A stretch of 63,947 nt of DNA, filler included, from Welwitschia mirabilis (lineage: Eukaryota): assembly GCA_051453625.1 (NCBI GenBank). It is 4 parts of one record of this genome, joined end to end, with 100 filler letters (N's around TTAATTAATTAA, not from the genome) between each part and the next. Parts side by side here need not be neighbours in the genome. Positions count along the whole stretch, not along the records: positions 27,780 to 58,545 come from JBOZIK010000001.1; positions 58,646 to 62,387 come from JBOZIK010000001.1; positions 62,488 to 63,947 come from JBOZIK010000001.1; 1 more part is not named here. One strand, given 5' to 3'. Each line of letters opens with the position of its first letter. Within the stretch, counting starts at the first letter, position 1. A program made the position numbers and the translations under genes. The notes beneath the pieces are model-generated. The model saw nothing but the letters and a program-made list of their open reading frames with translations, had not been told where the DNA came from and made no database searches. This document shows, piece after piece, positions 53,285-63,947 of the stretch.

Positions 53285-54765
53285 CTAACTATGCTCGAAT
53301 ACACAACCCCCGTGACCTGCAAGAACACCCCAATAACATCTAAGAACAAAAGCGCTCAGAGAATTTTTTTTTTTTTTTAATTATTAAAAAACAACTTACT
53401 AGGGTTCGAAGTAGTGACGCCGGCGGCCCCGTCAAAGTCGCAGGTGGCGCCGGCGGCCTTACTCCGCTGCCAATAACTGTTAAAAGCATACGCCGCGTGC
53501 GCCACAAGAGTGTTTGGCTCGAAGCACGGCTGCCCCTCCGAAATAGCCGAGCACTCCGCCCCGGCGCCGCAGGCGAAATCCATCGCTGCCTGCAACCGTT
53601 GCATGTCCGTCGCTGCTCCAGAACTAACCACACACCACTCCGCCTCCGGCTCACTAAAACGCTTCGTCGGCGCCGAGCCCCCCGAGTCGTCATCCCCGCC
53701 GGACAAATCGATCTGATAAACCGCCGATCCGTCGGGGTAAAACAGTCCCCAGTTGCGTTCCGTATCCGCCCCAGGCTTCAAATCCTCGTTGAACAGCGCG
53801 AATATGAAGAACGGAATGAAAGTCCCTGGGCGCCGCGGCGTGCCTGGCGGCGGGTCCCCGAGCGACCTCGAAACCAACTTCCTGTTATACTTCGCCGCGT
53901 TCTCCACCGACGCGCCGGCTGCCCCCGCCGTCGGCCAGCCGGTCTCACCGACCACCAGCTTCACGTCGGGGTAGCCCAACTTCTCCGCCGCGGCGATCAC
54001 GGCGTCGATCTGCGCGTCCAGCATGTTCGTGTACGTCACCGCGCCATCCACAGCTCCGCCGGACCCGTCCGACGCGTCGAAGAGAGCGTAGCTGAGCGAG
54101 ACGTTGCTGGAGTCCGCGGACCAGGCGAGGAACGGATAGATGTCCATTACAAGGAACGAGTCGGTTTCCTTCAGGAATTCCAGCAGCGGCTGCATTGCGA
54201 GGTCAGAGCGGAAGGCGCCGGCGGACGGCGGATAAGAGGTGCCCATGACGTCCATTGCCAGCGACGTGGTGACCTTCACGGCCTCCGCGAGGTTGCTGTC
54301 GGCGAGTGCCGCGTGGACGTTCTGCATGGCCTGCAAAAGCGGCGATTTTAGGGCCGGATCCGCGCTCGGCGAGAGCAGCTCGTTGCCGGCGACGATGGTG
54401 GTTATGAGCGTTCTAGGGTAGTAAGCATAGACGTTTTGTTGCAGCCAGGCGCGGGCCGCGTTTGTGTCCGCGGAGATGTTGGGGATCTGGTTGTTGGGGA
54501 TGGTGACGCTGACCTGAAGGCCGGTGCCTGCGAGGGCCGTGAGCACTGTCGGATCGGTGTCATAAATGCGGACATAGGCCGCGCCAAGGGACTTGATGAG
54601 TTCCACGGCACGGGTGGGCGGCGGGAGGTTGTCGGCGACGCGGCCGTAATTGATGCCAACAGAGCGCTTGTAGAAGGGCGCGAAGAAGGTGCCGCCGACG
54701 GCAGGGGATGCTCCGTCGGCGTCCGCGGCGGCGAGGAGGAACAGAAGGAAGAGGAGAGAGGCCAT
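53285..54765 (-). CDS. Glucan endo-1,3-beta-glucosidase (GH17 + X8/CBM43), A6-like, secreted, no GPI tail; join(54765..53400, 53316..53285), ~465 aa
   Basis: Signal peptide MASLLFLLFLLAAADA. GH17 motifs GINYGRVADNLP, AGNELL (acid/base Glu), VVGETGWPT (nucleophile), FIFALFNEDLKPG. X8 domain WCV...MDFACG...CFEPNTLVAHAAYAFNSYWQ...CDFDG. GTAAGT donor at 53399, TTGCAG acceptor at 53317. Last exon completes NPSHGGCVFEHS*. Confidence 0.93.
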
Positions 54766-55240
54766 TAAGAGTTGCAGAGAAGAGTAGAGTCGGGAATAAG
54801 TTGGAGCGGGTACCCAATGATGAAAAAGCGTCGGGAATTTGGATTTTTGTTGATGCTGATGACAGTAGGACCCACGTCGATGATTTTTCCGTTGCCATGC
54901 CATGCAAAGTAAAGAAAGGTGGCGAAGTCAAAAGTGGCTTTGACAACGTGTGGGGATTCATATTCTTTACTTTACTTAGGGAGGCCCCCTCTAAAGATGG
55001 AGGGGGTGGCCTTTGCTTGGGGTTTTGTTTAGTTAATAATTTTGTGTGGTTTCTCTAGGGAATCCAACACAACTTTTGCTAGTTTGGTCATGTTTGTGCC
55101 TTTTAATAAGACCTTGTTGAGAAGGATGATCATGTTTGTGCCCTTTGATAAGACCTACTGGGAAGATGAATTAATGATAAGGTTTTACTGGAAAGAATGA
55201 ATGAACGATCACCACCACACATCTGGCTATGGAAGATAAT

Positions 55241-55282
55241 TAGCATGAGGATTAATCATCTTGGCATGAGGATTAATCATCT
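55241..55282. repeat. 21-bp tandem duplication upstream of the glucanase
   Basis: tagcatgaggattaatcatct followed by tggcatgaggattaatcatct. Confidence 0.85.
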
Positions 55283-56999
55283 CAAAGAGTCCCCACCATG
55301 CTTTAGGGTGTCTTCTTGGTAATGAAGGATGTACTGATTTTTTCTTCATTTTATTGTTTTCAAGAGGAATATCTTTTGAAGAAAAGCTCATGTCATATTG
55401 TTGATGTTGCCAAGATTAAATAGTAAATTTCCCTGTCAGGCCTTTTTGGGATTTTTTTAGTAATTTGAAAGACCTCATAATGGCAGTAAATGGAAGATCA
55501 AGAAACAAAAAGGTTTGATCTATATTATAGATTTTTATGTTAAGAAAACAAAAGGAAATATTCTTATGTACCATATTTTATTATTATTCTTTACTTTTCC
55601 CTTTCACATTTCCAATTTCATATTCTAGGCAATAATTCTTATTTCATTACCAATATTTTCATTTTGTTTTCCTAATTATTTGATTTGATTCTTCATGATT
55701 CTTTCCTTGCCTCCTTATTTATTTGAATTGCAATCTTGTTAATGCTTCTATAGCATCTAACTTTTCTTTTCTTTCATGTAATTCTAAACCTGAATCTTAA
55801 AGAAAGTTCCACTTGGGAGCTGACCAACCATTTCTTCATGTTTGGTAATTTAACAATATACTCAATCATTAATAATAATTAATCAAATGTATGAAATTTC
55901 ATATATAACTTGAAATACTTCATTCATTAATGTAAATTAAATTTAAATTTAACATGAAAATTTTCATAAGTCTTGAAAGGATGTTATTGTGTATCTAAGG
56001 TTAAATGGTGAATAACATGATAAGTAAATTATGAACCAGAAGGTGAGGGAATGTGTATAGGATGAACCCTGGAGTAGGGTGGAGAATGAAGGTGCTTGGG
56101 GTAGGAGGACGAGATGAATAGGATCAATTGATATTTTTAATTTGAAAAATCATTTTTGGTATATGTAAAGAACTTATTGTATATTATTCATGTTATTTGA
56201 TAAAAGCAAAATTATCATTATTCTTAACTTGTCTTATTTACATATCTGATTTCATAATTCAATCAATGATTCTACTTTCTTTAGCTACTTTTTTTAGAGG
56301 GTATGTACACAAGTAGGTTGGTTTTTGTGTTGCATAACATCTAGCGGCACTTGAACCTCACTAACATAGGGATTTAATTACAAATTTCCCTTACCAATGG
56401 AGGGGTTTGAAGCCCACTTGGGCCTCACTAATTTGAGAAGCAGGTGAAATGGTAGTACTTTTTCATTGAGAGGTTATTTGTATGAAAGTACCCTCTACAA
56501 TAGCTTGTAAATTTGGTGTGATATTGCTATAGCTGTGATGTGGTTTCAAAAGTATTACTGTTGTAAATAATGTGATGTGCATAATGGAATAAAAGCTATA
56601 TTTGTGCATAGCTTATAGGAAAGTAAAAACCGTGTGTATAGTTTTTCATGAAATGAAAAGTTTATGCTGGAGCATGGTGTTGTTATAATTATCCTTATTA
56701 GTGATATTTGTTAGAAAGCATGAGAAATTATTAAAAAAATTCTAGCATTCAAGAAGCATGGGATGATTCTTGGGAGGCATAATATATCTTATCATAACTG
56801 AGTTTTGGTAATTTTTTTGTTTTAATGTGTTAAATACCATACCTCTAAGCTTGCAACAGTTTATATAAGGGATGATTAAATAATAAGTAGTAAGCTACAC
56901 CACCCTAGATAAAACATGGCAAGGAAGTTTCCTTGTGTTTTCTCATTTTCTTATCTTTTCTTTGATGCATAACTATGTGTGAAACATACTAAAAGTAAA

Positions 57000-58545
57000 T
57001 AAACCTTAGAAGAGGACAAAATGAAATATTAGCATAAAAAGGAAAGGGGAAAAAAATAAAGAAAAAGGAAAAATTTCTATAAGCTTTAGGATTAGTAGGA
57101 AACTTAAATATTAAGAAATTATTAACAATCCTTAGGGGAAACCTTAAAAGAAATTATAAATAATACATAGGAGAAGAGAAAGATAACCTTTCTAAAGGGA
57201 AGAGCAAGAGGCTGACCCTAATAGGGTATCACCAAGTAAGCAATCTAATAGCAAGGGAGAAAATGAAAAAAGACAACAATATTAGCTCTAATATGTTGAA
57301 GTGGGTAGAAGGTTTTCTTCAAGAGCTAACTAGGAAAAGTTTGTTATAGTACTCTGTACCATTACCACTAGGCAAGTAAGTAAATCCTTTTATCATAATC
57401 TTCTATTACCACTATAATTTATTTCTTCTGTGGTTTTTTGTAGTACATGTGTTGGGTGGTTTTATTTTCTTGCAGATTTTGGGTTTATGAACCTCATGGA
57501 AAATGCTACTCATGTCCATAATTGGTTTTACTGTATTGATTTGAATATGTATCTCTAGCAATTTGTTTTATAATTGGTTTCTGGTTCATTGTTTTTAGGT
57601 CCATATAGAAACAATTTGCTATTAATCCTTAGGCTTTCGACGATCTTTGTGTTGGTGCTGATTGTTAGATTTTTCTTCTTCCTATTAAGAAATTTAAGAA
57701 GACAAAAACAAAAGAAAATTCTACACTGGGGTAATCTCAAGCATCCAGATTTTTCCACTTTGGAGCATTTTGTATGTGCAATATTTAATTTAACTCTGAT
57801 ATATCAAGTTTAAAGGGAAATCTTAAAGGAAAATATTTTAAATCCTAAGAGAATGATCTGTTGCATAGATATCTAATTTTAGGCTTTAAATCCTAAAAAT
57901 TAGTTAGATTTATATGTTTTTATTGGGATTTATCTTGTTGACATGTATATCAAGTATAGAAGTCTAAGAAGTCTATTAGATAAAAAGAAGGGAATCACTA
58001 TCTTTTGATTGTCTGATAGGAAAATTCTTATATCTAAAACATTATCATCGCATTTCAATGATATAGGAAATGGCATCATCAAAATTAATCTTGATACTAT
58101 GATTTTCTATTCATAAATTTAATGGTGATGTATTGCTATCGGAAAGATCTATGGTACTATGAAGAAATTTCTTACAGTACCTCTTATCTACTTCATAGGA
58201 TTTCATAAGGCAACAATGCTTTTTAATCAAGGACAATAGAATGGAATGATACAGATAGTGTCTGTGAGTACTAGGGAATTTTATCAAAAGGTGGAGGACA
58301 AGAAACTCTGATACATTGATACATTGACTACGAAGATGGTCTTTATTTGGAGATGGAATTAATGGTACCTAAAACTTAGAAAGGTGCTTCACCTAACCAA
58401 GATTGTAAATTTAGCTCTTGTCTTTAGGCTTCTCATGATTTTGAGAATGAGCCATCATTCTATGCTAAGAATATAGATGATATCGATTTCTCTCACATAG
58501 ATGACCATTTTAATAATGATATATTGCTTCATCTATACCTTCCTC
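57000..58545 (+). mobile_element. Very decayed Ty1/copia gag-pol (integrase-region) remnant
   Basis: Weak motif traces only: LEHF ~57760 (cf. LGH), DLLH-like ~57855, LSDR ~58010, tcataaatttaatggt ~58110 (cf. PQ.NG). Confidence 0.35.
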
Positions 58546-58645
58546 NNNNNNNNNNNNNNNNNNNNNNNNNNNNNNNNNNNNNNNNNNNNTTAATTAATTA
58601 ANNNNNNNNNNNNNNNNNNNNNNNNNNNNNNNNNNNNNNNNNNNN
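58546..58645. other. Artificial contig linker N44-TTAATTAATTAA-N44
   Basis: Directly visible. Confidence 0.95.
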
Positions 58646-58800
58646 TGAAATCAACTCTTTATTGTCCATACCATTGGCCTTCAACGGAATTATGACATTC
58701 GGATCACTCCGTCTATACTAGCATGTTGTATTTTGCATCTTATTATAATTAACAGGATTAAATTGAAACATGAACTATTGCACAAATACATACCGCAATA
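58646..58800 (+). mobile_element. Distal end of another Athila-family LTR
   Basis: gaaatcaactctttt...atgacattcggatcactccgtctatactagcatgttgtattttg...aatacataccgcaa matches ~60395-60551. No PBS follows. Confidence 0.65.
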
Positions 58801-59463
58801 ATAATACTAGAACAAAAAATGTTGATAGATTTTTTTTAAATTAATTCATTATCTAGAAAGTATTATACCTTTCTTCTTATCTCCTACATTTCATATGATT
58901 CCATTCTATATGATGTTGTATTTGAAAGTAAAGTACCAAGAACTAGATCTATTTGAGAGTTTATTCTCCTAACAAAAAGGTAAAATAAAATGAAAATCAT
59001 TAAGAATAATATTTGTAAAATATCCTAATACATATTTTACTTTCATTATGCACTCCTTCAATTGCAACTCTAAAGACACCTTTCACATTACTACAATTTC
59101 ATATCCTTTTTTCTTTTATTTATCTGTTACCTTCTTGTTTTTCTAAGAATCATGCATCTATCTTGTGTTATAAAACATCCTTTTAAGATCTTACTATCTC
59201 AAATATTTTTTTTATTCTTATGAGTTATAATGCAATTATTTATCTATCCACTATGCATGCACTTCATATCATGCTACTATGTCCTAACTAATAATAGATG
59301 ATAAGCATCCATAAAAAAAACATCATAATGAAATTAATCATGAAAGTTATCAGTTTTAATTTAATCATACATTGTTTTATAAATGTAACATGGCATCTCT
59401 TCTATAACCAAGAGAGTAAATACAATGTTAGATGCATAGGACCTTCAAGTTCAACTTTACCAC

Positions 59464-62387
59464 TGTTGTGATGCCAACTTATACATATTTAATCTGGTAT
59501 TTTGAGTAGTTTTATAGGTTAATAGACATGTAATTACTTGATTTCCATGATAATGAAGAGTTCAGATGGAAGAGATGAAAACATGGAATCTCCATGATGA
59601 TTTATAAAATTTTGAGAAATTCTTAATACTTTACATTTCTAAGACAAATTCCTACAAAACATTGAGGTGGATGCATTGATGGAAGATTTGTAAGAGGTCA
59701 TTATCCACCTCATGATATAGATATACAATAATTCATGCTAATAAGGATGCTAACTATAATTAATCTAGTACTTGATGTGGATTATTTATGAGGTGGCATC
59801 TTCTCCTTTATTTTCTGTATGGCCTTCTAGATGACACTGTTATAACATCTTCAATGAACATTCACCTAATTTCTACCAACTATCTCTCTATTTCTCTTAG
59901 TATAGTCATTACGATTTTACCCATACCTGTCTGTTTGTCTTGTTCTATGCTTGTGTGTTAATAAATATTGGTCCCATCCTTGACTCTTGGTTATCTTTGT
60001 TTGCACCTAAAGTTCTCATAACAGAAGATCAAAGGACTAGAGATCCATTCTTATAGTTGTAGAGAGATATTTTCCTTGGTGTTGAATGATGTTTCCTCCA
60101 TTGAGGTGTGGCTACTTTGTAACATGAATGTGATTTTAATATAAAACACTTATTTTTTGATTTTAATGCATGTTTATTCCTCACCCTAATAGATTAGGTT
60201 GCTTCTGATCTGGTAACAGTTTCTTTAGTGATATAGGTTATAAGGGTAACCTTTATCAACATTGTGCATGATTAGTTTAGATTAGGTGCATTGTTGTTTT
60301 CTTTTCCTAGTTTAACTTTGCATAAGCGTGTTACATTTTATTTTCATGTATTACAAGTTAGTTCTATAGTATATTACAAGTATTTTTACTTATGAAAGTC
60401 AACTCTTTCACTCCTATTTAGGCCTTTGATGGACTACAACATTTAGGTCACTTTCGTCTATATTAGTGTGTTGTATTTGTAAATTTTATTTATAATTAAT
60501 AGGACTCAACTAAATAAAGGATATAATGTTGTATAAATACACACCACAACATTTTGGTGCTATTACTAGGGAAGGCTACTTAGAGTTTGAGAGTTGTCAT
60601 TGCTTTGGTGAACATTTTGGATTTTGGTTTAGGTGCTTATCTATAGTAGTATTGTACTTTTATCTATAGCAAATAGGTTTTTTTTTTTGTAGTATCAGTT
60701 TTTTATTTTCAAATAAAAGTATTTTTTTTCTATTCTACAATAAAACATTTGTCATCCACTTTACTGTCTAGCTAATGTACGGAGATAATGGCCTCTATGC
60801 CATGAATTTTCTATTTCTATTTCTATAAAAAAATTTTAGGTTTTTTTTTCAAAGTTTCCTTTATCATCTAGATAACTCAGGTGGATGAAATTATACTTTT
60901 ATAGTTTTTTATGTTTATTAATTTTTTCATTTCTATTTTTTACTTTTTACATTTTTTATGGTTTCTCTATTTCTGTCATTCAGATTATCATCTGGACGAC
61001 TGTAGGAATAATACTCTCTACATATGAAATTGAGCATGTATGGTAAAATCTAGTAAGAAATAAAAATACTAGAAAGAACAACTATTTATTAAGGAAAATA
61101 TTTGATAAGGTTTGATCAACCTAGGAACTAACTCAGGTAATCACAGAAAAGGTACAAAAAATTGAGAAATTTCTATAATATCTACTTTCATTTCTTTAGA
61201 GTCTAACTTTACTAAAGAAAATTTTTCATATGATTGTATAGACGAGAGTTTTTCATTTTCAATCCCAGAGCCAACTAACAAATTGAGTGGGAATCACAAA
61301 AATAAAAGTAACCTATCTCACCAAATTCACCCTTTATTATTAAAACCATTACAACCACACCTATTCGAACTAATTCTCATGTCACCCTTAGAGATCTTAT
61401 TGCAAATAAGAAATGTAAAATCCAAACCCCATTTGACTTACATCTCGGTAATGATGTTGAACTAAGAAACTTAAATACATGTCCTATTTTTAGTGGTGAA
61501 CTAGATGAAGATCTCTTATAATACATTACCAACATTGAACAACTAGTGCTTACTTCTAAAAATGGTAAAAAATTCATAAGTGATAAAACCTACATAGTTA
61601 TCTTCCCCATCACTTTAAAAGATAAGGCTAAACTATGGTTAAGAACGATTATACATAAAAGCTTAATATCATGGATTCAAGTTTAGGAAGCCTTTATTAA
61701 GAGATTCATGAGTGAAGCCATCATCTAAAAATGTAAGAAAGAAGTTACCAACTTCTAACAAATGCCAAATGAAAACTACACCTATACCTATGAGAGATTC
61801 TTTATTGCTTTACATTCAAACCTTGTAGATGCCTTTTCATAGGTAGAACTAGTAGAATACTTTTACAGTGTATTAAACTATCAGACAAAGAAACTAGTAG
61901 ATTTTTCATGTAGAGGTAATTTATTGAACTTAACCTTAGAAAATGCTTAAAAAGTATTGAAAGAATTGATAAAAGTAAGTAAAACATGGCCTAAAATCTT
62001 ACTTAAAGAAAACTAAATCATAGGTCAAACCATTAAAGATATTAAGAAGGTAAAACATGAGAAAAATAAAATAAGACTAAAAATAAACTAATAAATTTCA
62101 TAAAGGATTTTACTTTAACCTTGGAAAACTACACTTAGATTATTCTAAATACTAAGGTGCCAAATAAGAAGAATTTATTTATAGCTCCTACCTATGATTT
62201 TGGTGAGGATAGTTATCATGTTACCAAAGAATATTCTTTGCTTATAACTTATAAAGAGAGAATTTATGAGGAAGTATGTGCTTTTAAATAGGGGTCTTCA
62301 AACTACAACCAAAACAAAAATCAAAAACAAGTTCACAATCACTTTCAACCTAGGATGAGTGAACAACCTAATCATAAAAATTTTCAA
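59464..62387 (+). mobile_element. Older Athila-family element: 5' LTR (59464-60551), PBS, decayed gag
   Basis: LTR TGTTGTGATGCC...CACCACAACA. PBS ttttggtgctattactaggga at 60552-60572. gag remnants VTLRDLIANKKCK, LWLRTIIHKSLISWIQV*EAFIKRFMSEA are homologous to 47231-47821. Confidence 0.85.
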
Positions 62388-62487
62388 NNNNNNNNNNNNN
62401 NNNNNNNNNNNNNNNNNNNNNNNNNNNNNNNTTAATTAATTAANNNNNNNNNNNNNNNNNNNNNNNNNNNNNNNNNNNNNNNNNNNN
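62388..62487. other. Artificial contig linker N44-TTAATTAATTAA-N44
   Basis: Directly visible. Confidence 0.95.
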
Positions 62488-63947
62488 TCTCTTACAACAC
62501 AATTTATTAAGTGTTAGTCAATTATGTGACAAAAAAAATAGAATAATATTTGATAAATCTAAGTGTAAAGTTGAAAATGAGAAAATAAATGCTATCATTT
62601 TATGTGCAAAACATGTTAATAGTGCTTATAGTTTAGATATTGAAGCTCTAGATCAATCAATACATGCAAACCAATAATTCAGAAAAGATAGTGACAAAAT
62701 TAATGTTTTTCTATCAATTATGTGTAAACTCTAGTTCTAATAATTATTCTATATATTATAAAAGTTATTTTGGGTTTGGTACAATGTCCCTTGACTAATT
62801 TCAGGGTATCGATCGGATCTATGATTCAGTCGACCAGATGTGGTTGGTCGATCAGCCTAAAAGCCTAGTCACCTGGACCCCTTCTAGTACTATAAACTTG
62901 CATCTTAACAGGATGNNNNNNNNNNNNNNNNNNNNNNNNNNNNNNNNNNNNNNNNNNNNNNNNNNNNNNNNNNNNNNNNNNNNNNNNNNNNNNNNNNNNN
63001 NNNNNNNNNNNNNNNNNNNNNNNNNNNNNNNNNNNNNNNNNNNNNNNNNNNNNNNNNNNNNNNNNNNNNNNNNNNNNNNNNNNNNNNNNNNNNNNNNNNN
63101 NNNNNNNNNNNNNNNNNNNNNNNNNNNNNNNNNNNTTCTTCTTCTCTTAAAGTCTTAAAATGACATCTACCACTTCGAAGAAAAGCCCAAATGAAGGTGC
63201 TTCAAGAGAACTTTCTTACTTCTTCCATGGAATATATAAACAAGCCTTGGACAAGTTCTATAAGAAATTCAAAAAGAAACCTTTGTGCTAGGAGTGTTCT
63301 ATAGCTTCATCAAATCTTAGATAACTAAAATATATTATTCAGCTCTTGAGAGATTAAGATCTGAATCATTTATTAGATGTTTCAGGTCTTGTGTATCCTT
63401 TTCTTACTAGAATGTTTTATTGCGATGCTACTTTTAATTGTAATAACATAACTCTAGAAACCCTAGTTTTGGGTAGGANNNNNNNNNNNNNNNNNNNNNN
63501 NNNNNNNNNNNNNNNNNNNNNNNNNNNNNNNNNNNNNNNNNNNNNNNNNNNNNNNNNNNNNNNNNNNNNNNNNNNNNNAACTAAAATATATTATTCAGCT
63601 CTTAAGAGATCAAGGTCTGAATCATTTCTTAGATATTTCAGGTCTTGTGTATCCTTTTCTTATTAGAATGTTTTATTGCAATGCTACTTTTAATTGTAAT
63701 AACATGACTCTAGATATCCTACTTTTGGGTAGAAGAATCAGAGTGACAGCAGATCTCATTTTTGAGCTGACCAATCTTCCTTAGAGATATTATGAGAAAT
63801 TTTAGTCTCTAAGAGACATAATAGAAGATAAGCCAGTAGTCATTAAAAAGATTTGTAGTAAAATGCATTCTTGGAAACATACTATTTCTACTTCTCTGTT
63901 AACTCTTGAATATCATTTTATCCACTTGATCTTTACTTATAATTTTC
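62488..63947 (+). mobile_element. Sirevirus-like internal fragment (pol piece joined to an env-like ORF)
   Basis: LQHNLLSVSQLCDKKNRIIFDKSKCKVENE (copia pol, ~62491-62640). gtcgacc/ggtcgatc motifs ~62830-62880. env-like VYPFLTRMFYCDATF ~63390. Confidence 0.6.

Noticed and set aside
53377-53399. C-terminus SKLFFNN as given by the ORF track
   Set aside because: Read-through into an intron with a strong GTAAGT donor; the spliced exon supplies the final conserved X8 cysteine.
53340-55058. Many overlapping antisense and alternative-frame ORFs (e.g. 53497-54351, 284 aa)
   Set aside because: By-products of the GC-rich glucanase CDS; Arg/Pro-rich with no recognisable domain.
248-63666. Long ORFs composed mainly of X
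   Set aside because: They run through N gaps and are not real coding evidence.

Overview
Plant (angiosperm) nuclear DNA from a gappy draft assembly: very AT-rich, CpG-poor and dominated by decayed, nested transposons. Three artificial N44-TTAATTAATTAA-N44 linkers split it into four pieces (1-27679, 27780-58545, 58646-62387, 62488-63947) whose adjacency is not guaranteed. There is one intact gene, a GC-rich two-exon GH17 beta-1,3-glucanase with an X8 domain (A6-like; minus strand, 54765-53400 and 53316-53285). A full-length Sirevirus (Ty1/copia SIRE; 31515-41181, both LTRs, TSD AGGTT) sits in the gag of an Athila-like Ty3/gypsy element, and further Sirevirus and Athila fragments surround it. 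Two intron-containing pseudogenes are missed by the ORF track. One is a TTL (TPR-thioredoxin-like) 3' fragment (~1270-2756). The other is an OTU3/OTU4-type deubiquitinase (8965-9838) inside an apparent ~7.9 kb CACTA-type element (5010-12953; TACTA...TAGTA ends, 3-bp TSD CAT). This CACTA carrying an OTU protease is the most interesting candidate system. All protein assignments come from manual translation and recalled motifs, not database searches.
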